The position numbers and the translations under genes were made by a program. Positions 1-7,251 of a stretch of 13,607 nt of DNA are shown here, piece after piece. The notes beneath the pieces were generated by a model that was given only the letters and a program-made list of their open reading frames with translations, was not told the DNA's origin and searched no databases. The first letter of the stretch is position 1. Each line of letters starts with the position of its first letter. The DNA is from Thermotogota bacterium (GTDB taxonomy: Bacteria > Thermotogota > Thermotogae > Petrotogales > Kosmotogaceae). The stretch covers positions 1 through 13,607 of the forward strand of contig JAYEJL010000076.1 in NCBI GenBank assembly GCA_034660555.1, in the 5' to 3' direction.

Positions 1-297
1 CTTTTGGTGAAGGATTTCAGTCAAAAAAAGTCTTCGATTTCATCATACTAAATAACTGAACGAGGTCCTATGATAAGAGATAGTGTTTAGTAAATAGTTA
101 TAAGATTTGTAATAATTTGTCAAAAAACTGGACTCATTTATTCTGCCGCATCAAAAAGAAATCTAAAAAATTGAAACTTTGCCAATTTTTTTATTCTTTT
201 TTAGAATAATAAAGGTTATATCCAAAAGCTTTAATGCTTTTTTAATCTGCATTGTGAAAAAATATAGTATACAAAACTATTATGGAGATGATTATAT

Positions 298-327
298 GGT
301 TGTGTCAAGTACCTGCTGTAAAAATGA
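298..327 (-). repeat. IS256 right terminal inverted repeat (partner IR absent from window)
   Basis: + strand GGTTGTGTCAAGTACCTGCTGTAAAAATG, about 25 nt past the transposase stop. Begins with GG and contains an outward-facing TTGACA. Confidence 0.7.
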
Positions 328-350
328 CCTGAATCCTAAAATAGGTTATA

Positions 351-524
351 TTACATAGTTAAGTATCTCCTTGAAGTTATCCATTCTTCATTTATGTTAA
401 TCAATATAGATACTGCCAATCTCAAAAGAGATTCATCATTTGGAAATGCTCCAACTACTTTAGATCGCCTCTTAAGTTCTTTGTTTAGACTTTCCATCAT
501 GTTGGTTGTTCTTATGGTTCTCCT
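351..524 (-). pseudogene. Truncated IS256-family transposase, C-terminal ~57 aa only
   Basis: TAA stop at 351-353. Similarity to the family is lost upstream of about 524 and the frame closes at 576-578. The N-terminal region and most of the DDE domain are missing. Confidence 0.85.
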
Positions 525-701
525 GGAGCAGGTGATGGAGAAGGACCTGGTAAGGGCAAATTCGAAAATAATATATTAACCGAGGATTTCGATATACTTG
601 AAACAGAGATACAAGAAGAAGAAACGCCCTTTACCTGGATGAGAAAAATTGCAGAAATGTTTCGGAATATTTTTAAAAGAATGGTTTCGTTTGTGTACTA
701 A
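522..701 (+). pseudogene. Orphan 3' fragment of an unknown gene (no credible start codon)
   Basis: Open frame from TAG at 486-488 to TAA at 699-701 reads (GS)PGAGDGEGPGKGKFENNILTEDFDILETEIQEEETPFTWMRKIAEMFRNIFKRMVSFVY*. It looks protein-like (Gly-rich linker, acidic stretch, amphipathic tail) and begins where the IS256 similarity ends. Confidence 0.5.
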
Positions 702-779
702 AGAATGCTGTTAATTATGCTATTTGTATAATTGCTTACAATATCTCATCAAATAAAGTTTATCTGTTTATTATTTGAC

Positions 780-2279
780 TTAATCTTCCATTCTTCTCAT
801 AATATATTTTGTTTGATTGTAAATGTCTTTATATAATTTAAAACACTTCTTGTATTTTAATGTATTTTCTTGATCTGGTTGTATGCAGTCACTATGTTCA
901 ATTAAAGATTCTGCATCTTTTGTATCCTTTATGTATCCTACTGAGAGTCCTGCAAGTATCAAGTTACCTATGGCTCCTGTGTCCTGAGTTTTTAGAGTTC
1001 TCACTTCTTTTCCCAGCACATCTGAAAGGATTTTTCTCCATAATTCACTCTTGCTTCCTCCGCCAACAACACTAACGTAATCAGCGTCAACGCCTAATTC
1101 CTGAACAATGTCCATGCAGTCTTTTAATGAATAAGAGACTCCTTCCATTATAGCTTTTATCATATGTGATTTTTTATGTTTCATTTTTAAACCAAAAAAT
1201 GTACCTTTAGCTTTTGAATCCCAGTGCGGAGTTCTTTCACCCATGAGATAGGGTAAAAAGATCAAGCCTTCAGAACCTGCTGATATTGTTTTAGCGAATC
1301 TGGTGTATTCTTTGAAAATATCTTCACCAGAGTCAGGGTCGAAAGCATTTCTAAACCATTTTAAGCTTGAAGCTGCTGTTTGAGTAACTCCGAGAATATC
1401 CCAGTAGCCTTCCAGTGGATAACTCCAGCAGGAAACCCTTTTTTTAGTTTCTTTTACTGGTTTTGAAATACAGCCTGCAACAACTCCAGCTGTTCCTAAA
1501 ATACATGAAATTCTTCCTTCTCTTAATAATCCCGATCCGATTTCTGCAACAGAATGATCTGAACCACCATTGATTACCGGGATACCTGTTTTTAGTTTCA
1601 AGATATTTGCTTTTTCTCTAGTCAAATAACCCATTACGCTTGTTGATGACTGAACCTCGGGAAATAGATTTTTTGGAATATCTGTCATTTTAAAAGCTTC
1701 TTCTGACCATTTATTTTTCTTTATGTCAAATAAAGCTACTCCTGAAGCATCAGAGGGATCAGTAATCATGTTATTTGTTAACAAATATTTTATGTAATCC
1801 TTTGCAAGCAGTATATGTTGGGTTTTGCTGAATAGATCGCTTCGAAATTTCTTGGTCCAGCAAACTTGAGGAGCTGTGTAAGTTGTGGTTGGAGCAATCC
1901 AGGTTTCTTCAAAAAGTTTTTCAGTAATACCCCTTTGTTCCCATTCTTTGATAACTGAAGAACTTCTCTGATCTAACCATGTTATTGCATTTCCAAGAGG
2001 TTTCATTTTCGAGTCGAGATAAACATGAGTATGCATCTGACCACATAGAGAAATCGCTGTTACTCTTTTATGAAGTTCAACAAATTTATTGGATAGTTCT
2101 TTTGCACATTGTACAATTCCGTTCCACCATAAGTCAGGATCCTGCTCTGCCTGACTTTTTTCCTCAGTGATTAAAGGATATTCATAGTTAGCAACGGACT
2201 CAATAGTGCCTTCAAAATTAACTAGAGCCACTTTTACTGCTGTTGTTCCAAGATCAATTGATAATACTGCATCTTTCAT
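780..2279 (-). CDS. xylB: FGGY-family carbohydrate kinase, xylulokinase-like
   Basis: 499 aa. Motifs IDLGTTAVK, CGQMH, TDPSDASG, LPYLMGERTPHWD, VGGGSKS. RBS GAGGTG upstream of the ATG. Exact substrate not established. Confidence 0.8.
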   Translation of the reverse strand: MKDAVLSIDLGTTAVKVALVNFEGTIESVANYEYPLITEEKSQAEQDPDLWWNGIVQCAKELSNKFVELHKRVTAISLCGQMHTHVYLDSKMKPLGNAITWLDQRSSSVIKEWEQRGITEKLFEETWIAPTTTYTAPQVCWTKKFRSDLFSKTQHILLAKDYIKYLLTNNMITDPSDASGVALFDIKKNKWSEEAFKMTDIPKNLFPEVQSSTSVMGYLTREKANILKLKTGIPVINGGSDHSVAEIGSGLLREGRISCILGTAGVVAGCISKPVKETKKRVSCWSYPLEGYWDILGVTQTAASSLKWFRNAFDPDSGEDIFKEYTRFAKTISAGSEGLIFLPYLMGERTPHWDSKAKGTFFGLKMKHKKSHMIKAIMEGVSYSLKDCMDIVQELGVDADYVSVVGGGSKSELWRKILSDVLGKEVRTLKTQDTGAIGNLILAGLSVGYIKDTKDAESLIEHSDCIQPDQENTLKYKKCFKLYKDIYNQTKYIMRRMED

Positions 2280-2375
2280 ATGTCACCTCGCATTTTTTTG
2301 CAATAATCAATGCTTTCTAATTTAGTAAAATTCAGTTTTTAGATCAGTTTGTACAAAAACGTATTAATTGATAAA

Positions 2376-3815
2376 TTAATTTTGTTTAACCATTTTGATA
2401 AATTTTCCGAATGCTTTATCCCACATAGATGTATTATGAGGTTTGTATTCTTTAAACTTAAATGAATTATTTAATAATTCATATCCCTGTTCAAAGCTTG
2501 AAACATAGTTTAGAGCTAACAACTGTAAAAGTAAATTTCCAATTGTGGTGCCATCAGCAGGCCCTGCTATAACGGGTAGATTGGTTGCATTTGCTATCAT
2601 TTGACAAAGTAGCTTGTTATTTATTCCGCCACCAACTATACGGATTTTATTCAAACGATATCCAAATAATTTTTCTATATTCTCTTTTGTTTTCCTTATT
2701 TTCAGGGCAATACCTTCAAGAGCAATTCTTGCGATTTCATTCCTGGTCTGAGGGACTTTTCCAGATAACTTTTTAGATTCATTTGCAATCTCGTAGTCCA
2801 TCTGCCTTGTTTTTTGAAAAATTTCTTCATCTACATTTATGTAACCAGAAAAACTGGATGCATTTTCTGCCATTTTTACCAATTTCTCATATGTAACTGG
2901 ATTATCAGTACTATTCCATTGTTCCTTCAATTTCTGAAATAACCATAACCCTGTTGTATTTGCAATTACTCTCAATCTTCCATCTGCACAACCTTCAACT
3001 GCATAATTATATTCTAATATTTCTTGTGTTTTGGGTAATTTGGAAACAACAACACCGTTCAAACACCATGTTCCAAGACTGATTATCATCACTTGATTTG
3101 ATTTTGCTGAAACTGATGCAAAAGCTGAACCTGTATCATGTGATGCAGGTAGAACGACTTTATATTTTTGATCACTGTTAAAAACTGTTCCAGGAGGTAC
3201 TACTTCTGGGAAAATTTTAGGTATTCCCAGTGTTTTAATCATTTCATAATCCCATTTCTTCGCTCTATAATCGTAAAGTTGAGTTGTGGTAGCTTGTGTA
3301 AACTCATAGTACTTTTTACCTGTTAATTTATAAGCAAATAATGAAGGAATGGATAGAATTCTATCAGCTTTTTTCAATAATTCTTTATGAGTTTTCTTGT
3401 AGAAAAGTAGCTGGTAAACTGTATTAAATGGTTGAAACTGGGTGGGAATTCTTTCGCTTATATAATTTTTGTTTTCATCGATAACGTTTCTAATGTAATC
3501 TTTTGCTTTGAACATTGTTCTATACTGTAAAGGATCATTTATCAGGATTCCTTTTTTGTCAAGAAGTCCAAAATCAACACCCCACGAATCGAAGCCAACT
3601 GATTCTACATCATAGTGTTTTGTAACTTTATCTATTACTTCCATTACAGAATCATAGATTTTGCTGAAACTCCACCAGCTAAGATTATTTTTTTCATAAT
3701 GGAAGCTATTTACATAACCAATTTTTTTAATATCTAATAGTTTTCCGTTAAAACTACCTAGGATTATCTTGGTGCCAGAAGCGCCAAGATCAACTGCGAT
3801 AAAATTAGAAGTCAT
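2376..3815 (-). CDS. FGGY-family kinase, rhamnulokinase/fuculokinase (RhaB-like)
   Basis: 479 aa. AVDLGASG, DSWGVDFGLLD, QPFNTVYQL, HDTGSA, SLGTW, IVGGG and CQMIANAT are typical of the RhaB subfamily. Confidence 0.8.
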   Translation of the reverse strand: MTSNFIAVDLGASGTKIILGSFNGKLLDIKKIGYVNSFHYEKNNLSWWSFSKIYDSVMEVIDKVTKHYDVESVGFDSWGVDFGLLDKKGILINDPLQYRTMFKAKDYIRNVIDENKNYISERIPTQFQPFNTVYQLLFYKKTHKELLKKADRILSIPSLFAYKLTGKKYYEFTQATTTQLYDYRAKKWDYEMIKTLGIPKIFPEVVPPGTVFNSDQKYKVVLPASHDTGSAFASVSAKSNQVMIISLGTWCLNGVVVSKLPKTQEILEYNYAVEGCADGRLRVIANTTGLWLFQKLKEQWNSTDNPVTYEKLVKMAENASSFSGYINVDEEIFQKTRQMDYEIANESKKLSGKVPQTRNEIARIALEGIALKIRKTKENIEKLFGYRLNKIRIVGGGINNKLLCQMIANATNLPVIAGPADGTTIGNLLLQLLALNYVSSFEQGYELLNNSFKFKEYKPHNTSMWDKAFGKFIKMVKQN

Positions 3816-3828
3816 GGTTATCGACTAA

Positions 3829-4464
3829 TTATTGTAGATAGTTTTCTCTATAATTTTTTCTTAATAGTGGGAGCTTATCTTCCGGAATATAAGAGATTTC
3901 TCCACCTAATTTGAGTGCTTCTATATATACTTGAACATTTTTCTCAGTTACTTTAGCCCCCGTTAATACCTCACTAAATCTCTTGCCTACATTAACTAAA
4001 CCGTGATTGCTCAGAATTGCTGCGCCATTGTCTTCTAAGGCTTTTGCAACATTGTTTGCCAGTTCCCATGAACCAGGATCAGCATATTCTGCAACCTTAA
4101 TCTCAGGTCCACAGATCATAGCACTATCCTCTATTAGTGAAGGCACAGTTTTAAAAGCAACAGAAGCAATAGAAGAATATATGGGATGAGTATGTAATAT
4201 TACATCAACGTCTTCTCTCGCTTTGTAGATAGCAACATGCATTTTCCATTCTGACGATGGGTTTCTATCGCCTTCGAGAATATTCCCTTCAAAATCAATT
4301 ACAGAGATATCTCGCTCTGTCATTTTTTCGTAGGAATAACCACTTGGTGTGATGAAAATTTTATTTAATTCTCTAATAGAAACATTTCCCCATGTTCCTT
4401 TAACAAGTTCTTCTCCGATCATTTCTTTGCACGCTTCTACAACTAACTTTTTGAAATTCATCAT
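3829..4464 (-). CDS. Class II aldolase/adducin-family protein (L-fuculose-1-phosphate aldolase/AraD-like)
   Basis: 211 aa. GNVS, ITPSG, PSSEWKMH, HTH and NHG motifs (Zn ligands and phosphate site). Confidence 0.88.
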   Translation of the reverse strand: MMNFKKLVVEACKEMIGEELVKGTWGNVSIRELNKIFITPSGYSYEKMTERDISVIDFEGNILEGDRNPSSEWKMHVAIYKAREDVDVILHTHPIYSSIASVAFKTVPSLIEDSAMICGPEIKVAEYADPGSWELANNVAKALEDNGAAILSNHGLVNVGKRFSEVLTGAKVTEKNVQVYIEALKLGGEISYIPEDKLPLLRKNYRENYLQ

Positions 4465-4480
4465 CTTATCATCTTCCTTT

Positions 4481-5035
4481 CTATGTAATATTTTTTATTG
4501 ATTTTCTTTCAACAATAGTTGCCTTTAAAACAATTTGAGAAACATCTTTATTACGGTTTTCAATCCTTGTTAGCATAGCTGTGGCAGCTATATTACCTAT
4601 TTCCAAAATTGGTTGCTTGATTACTGTGAGTGGAGGATTTATTATTTCATTTTCTGGCACTTCACTAAAACCAAGCAATGATATATCATCTGGTACTTTT
4701 ATGTTGTATTTTTTGGCTATTCTTAAGAATGAATAAGAAATATCATGGTTGGTTGCAATCACAGCTGTGGGTTTATTATTTAATTCAAAAAAACTGTTTA
4801 AATCCTCCTCTGCTAAACTTGAAGGATATAAATTTTCTAAAATCCATTTGTTTTCTGTTTTCAAATTGAAGTATCTTAAAGCCTTTCTGAATCCTTTATA
4901 TCTTTCTTCAATACAATAATTACCTCGTTTTGAAAGGAGTATTCCAATTTTTTTATGGCCTTTTTCCTTATGTTTTTGCTTTATTACTCCAGGAAATGTT
5001 AAAAGAAATAATTTACCAAGATCATCTTTTGTCAC
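4481..5035 (-). pseudogene. Chimeric ORF: ~23 aa resembling a GH3 glycosidase N-terminus fused to the C-terminal half of a LacI-family regulator (no HTH)
   Basis: GTG start at 5035 with AGGAGG RBS at 5045-5050, overlapping the ROK stop. From about aa 24 it reads EKGHKKIG..ERYKGF..KPTAVIATN..VPDDISLLGF..PPLTVIKQP..IVERKS, the LacI C-terminal sensor subdomain. The LacI HTH and first subdomain are absent. Confidence 0.7.
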
Positions 5036-6134
5036 TCTTGCGTGCCTCCTTTTTGAGACAATTTAGAAAGTTAGTGAGTTGTTCATCATTATTGAATAAC
5101 TCAAGGAGAAAATTTAAAGATGCACCAATTGCGTTTAGGGCGTTCTCTTTTCTTTCTCTTATAAACTGAATTTTTCTCTTATTAGCCATAAATACATTTT
5201 TTTGGATTTTTTCAGTCATTGTATTCAGGACACTATCTGGCAAAAATCGAATGTTACCGTTAATAATGACCGTATCGGGATCGAAGATGCTTATAAGAAG
5301 GGCAAGCTTTTGTGAAATGTTATCGATGAAGTATTTAACTTCCTTACATATCTCGCTTTCAGAATACTTTTCAAGAAAGGTAAAATAATCAAGCATTTTT
5401 GTATTTTTATTTTCCGTCAGACAAAGATTGAACTCATATTCACCTGCGTGATTATTTGAACCATGATAAAGTTTGTTCAAAAGAGATATACCTACTCCTA
5501 CACCAACAGGGTCCTTTAGTTTATAAGGCACTGAAATATAAAAATATAGAATATTTTTTGCTTTTTCCCACAATTTTGAATTGTAATATGTTACTCCAAT
5601 ATTTGAATCATTTTCCATAACAATCGGGATTTCAAGTGAACTGGAAAGTTTTTTCATAAGATTTAATTGGGAAATGTCAAGTGCCTTGGAATAAACAATT
5701 ACACCGTTCTTTGAATCAATAATTCCCGGTAAAGATATTCCTCCACCATAGAGTTTATACTTAGTACTCTTTTCTTTAATTGTAGTTGTGATCAGCGAAG
5801 CAATATTATCCTTCGTTATTTGCTCATGAACAGAAAAGCTTTCTTCAGTTTCTCCTGCAAGATTTGTTATGACGCCTTCTATACCATCTTGATGAACATC
5901 CAAGCCGACTATATAAAAACGGTCTCTTGAGAATGAAAATACGTTTGTTTTTCTCCCACCAGCTGAACCCGGTGCAATTTCGCCATCAGGATGTAAAAAT
6001 CCTATATCTTTCAACTGATTAATCCTTCTTGAAACGGTTGACTTGTTTATCCCAAGCTCATATGAGATTTCAGCGTTTGTTGTTGATTTTGTTTTCCACA
6101 TAAATCTTGATATGTCTAACAGAGTTTTTGTCAT
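5022..6134 (-). CDS. ROK-family transcriptional regulator (XylR/NagC-like)
   Basis: Start revised to ATG 6134 (MTKTLLD, 370 aa) because GGAGGA lies just upstream. N-terminal HTH (AEISYELGINKSTVSRRINQL), GGRK, GLDV, GISLPGIID, ENDSN, GVGVGI, GSNNHAGE. The CxCGxxGC zinc motif is absent. Confidence 0.9.
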   Translation of the reverse strand: MTKTLLDISRFMWKTKSTTNAEISYELGINKSTVSRRINQLKDIGFLHPDGEIAPGSAGGRKTNVFSFSRDRFYIVGLDVHQDGIEGVITNLAGETEESFSVHEQITKDNIASLITTTIKEKSTKYKLYGGGISLPGIIDSKNGVIVYSKALDISQLNLMKKLSSSLEIPIVMENDSNIGVTYYNSKLWEKAKNILYFYISVPYKLKDPVGVGVGISLLNKLYHGSNNHAGEYEFNLCLTENKNTKMLDYFTFLEKYSESEICKEVKYFIDNISQKLALLISIFDPDTVIINGNIRFLPDSVLNTMTEKIQKNVFMANKRKIQFIRERKENALNAIGASLNFLLELFNNDEQLTNFLNCLKKEARKSDKR

Positions 6135-6154
6135 TAGGATTCCTCCATAAGTGA

Positions 6155-6177
6155 TAGTTGCTTGCAACATGCAACTA
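6155..6177. promoter_or_regulatory. Putative ROK-family operator
   Basis: TAGTTGC-TTGCAACAT-GCAACTA: perfect 7-bp arms, 9 of 11 symmetric positions, 20 bp upstream of the ROK start. The TAGTT-N13-AACTA layout resembles the Bacillus XylR operator. Confidence 0.7.
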
Positions 6178-6410
6178 ACTAAATAATATAATTTTATTAC
6201 TATTTAATACAAATTATGTGAACGCCAATGTGAGTTGATTATTTTTATGCAAATACGATTAGAAGTAAAATGCTTTGTTTTACAGAATAATGAGATCAGT
6301 TCAAAGTTCTAATAAAACTATTAAAAAAGTTTTGTGAAAAATTTAGAACAAAAGAACCGAGAAGGACTAGAAGAAGAGAACACGAGAGAAATTCAAAAAA
6401 TACTAAAACA

Positions 6411-6730
6411 CGTGAACCGTTTCCCGTGAACCGATTGGAGCAAAAACCAATGATATTCGCCTTGGGAGAATAGGTGGATATTCTGAGCGGAGCTTAGGAT
6501 GAGCGAACCAATGAAATGATTCGGATTTGCGCCTATGGCGGAAAACACACCTCCCCGCTTTGCGGTACTCCTCTCAGAGAGGAGAATAAAGTTAAAAACA
6601 CGTTATGCGATAGTTCGTGGTAGGTTGTATGTGAGTGCAAAAAATCAAAACGAGAAACCGATAAAGACAGAAAAGATGAGAAGTCGATAGTGCGAGAATC
6701 TGGGAAAGTTTAGGAAAACCAGGATCCTGG
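6411..6730. repeat. Non-coding mosaic of short hairpins/palindromes (REP-like)
   Basis: Direct repeat CGTGAACCG at 6411-6419 and 6425-6433. Hairpins with 3-nt loops at 6454-6472, 6480-6500, 6530-6540, 6555-6565 and 6568-6584 (CTCCTCT-CAG-AGAGGAG). Perfect palindrome CCAGGATCCTGG at 6719-6730. Confidence 0.5.
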
Positions 6731-6836
6731 ATACATTGAAAACTTTTTAAAATGAAAAAATGTATTTTGAAGAATAAATCATTGATGAGAAGACAGAATT
6801 AGAGGCTATTGGAAAAAAGAAGATATTAAAAGCAAG

Positions 6837-6866
6837 AAGAACCGCTGGGTAGGCGGTTCTTTTTTT
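6837..6866. terminator. Intrinsic terminator, likely bidirectional; positioned to end the tRNA operon
   Basis: Stem AAGAACCGC (6837-6845) / GCGGTTCTT (6853-6861). T-run follows on the + strand and TTCTTCTTGCTTTT on the - strand. About 35 nt downstream of the tRNA-Met CCA. Confidence 0.75.
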
Positions 6867-6898
6867 ATACGCGTACCTTTTTAGACCTTTATATCTTC

Positions 6899-6975
6899 TG
6901 GTGGCGGTGGACAGACTCGAACTGTCGACTCTGCGGGTATGAACCGCATGCTCTAGCCAACTGAGCTACACCGCC
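6899..6975 (-). tRNA. tRNA-Met(CAT), elongator
   Basis: GGCGGTGTAGCTCAGTTGGCTAGAGCATGCGGTTCATACCCGCAGAGTCGACAGTTCGAGTCTGTCCACCGCCACCA. Fully paired acceptor stem, anticodon arm TGCGG-TTCATAC-CCGCA, encoded CCA. Resembles elongator Met more than Ile2. Confidence 0.93.
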
Positions 6976-6985
6976 AATAAAAAAA

Positions 6986-7062
<77 letters not shown>

Positions 7063-7108
7063 CCGTATAACTTCTATATAATGACCATTTATGTCTTTTA
7101 GCCTTCTA

Positions 7109-7197
7109 TGGTGCCGGGGGCGGGACTTGAACCCGCACGAGGTTTACACCTCAACGGATTTTAAGTCCGTTACGTCTGCCAATTCCGTCACCCCGGC
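7109..7197 (-). tRNA. tRNA-Leu(TAA)
   Basis: GCCGGGGTGACGGAATTGGCAGACGTAACGGACTTAAAATCCGTTGAGGTGTAAACCTCGTGCGGGTTCAAGTCCCGCCCCCGGCACCA. Anticodon arm ACGGA-CTTAAAA-TCCGT, long variable arm, encoded CCA. Confidence 0.96.
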
Positions 7198-7207
7198 GCC
7201 GTATATT

Positions 7208-7236
7208 ATAATAACACCAGCCATTATGGTTGTCAA
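7208..7236 (-). promoter_or_regulatory. Sigma70-type promoter of the tRNA operon
   Basis: Minus strand TTGACA (7236-7231), 17 nt spacer, TATTAT (7213-7208) preceded by TG (extended -10), about 10 nt before tRNA-Leu. Confidence 0.8.
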
Positions 7237-7251
7237 GTTATTATAAAACCT

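Larger units (their letters stand above)
298..524 (-). mobile_element. IS256-family insertion sequence remnant (3' end of transposase plus right terminal inverted repeat)
   Basis: Minus-strand translation gives RRTIRTTNMMESLNKELKRRSKVVGAFPNDESLLRLAVSILININEEWITSRRYLTM*, matching the IS256/Mutator transposase C-terminal pattern (TTN..E.LN.E.KRR....G.FPN..S..RL). Downstream on the minus strand is TTTTTACAGCAGGTACTTGACACAACC (ending at 298), which has the TTTACA...TTGACAC..CC shape of IS256 ends. Not in the supplied ORF track. Confidence 0.88.

Noticed and set aside
122..152. AAAAAACTGGACTCATTTATTCTGCCGCATCA as a possible IS3-type end
   Set aside because: Vague resemblance only; no partner repeat or transposase sequence in the window.
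394..579. 61-aa plus-strand ORF
   Set aside because: Antisense shadow of the IS256 transposase remnant that crosses the junction; no RBS or recognisable motif.
2348..2357. TTTGTACAAA palindrome between the two kinase genes
   Set aside because: Short and AT-rich; expected by chance, with no supporting promoter context.
860..5169. Short plus-strand ORFs (860, 1979, 2585, 4007, 4678, 4930)
   Set aside because: All lie antisense within well-supported minus-strand genes and lack motifs.
6135..6170. Upstream start for the ROK gene (382 aa)
   Set aside because: Overlaps the operator and has no RBS; ATG 6134 has GGAGGA at a proper distance.
6332..6349. TTGTGAA half-sites (also near 252) as Rex operators
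   Set aside because: The second half-site TTCACAA is not matched; likely chance in AT-rich DNA.
6330..6835. CRISPR array
   Set aside because: No repeated 23-47 bp unit with regular spacers; only a 9-bp direct repeat and dissimilar hairpins.
6899..6975. tRNA-Ile2(CAT) assignment
   Set aside because: The GGCGGTG acceptor stem and TTCATAC loop resemble elongator Met; an isotype-specific model would confirm.
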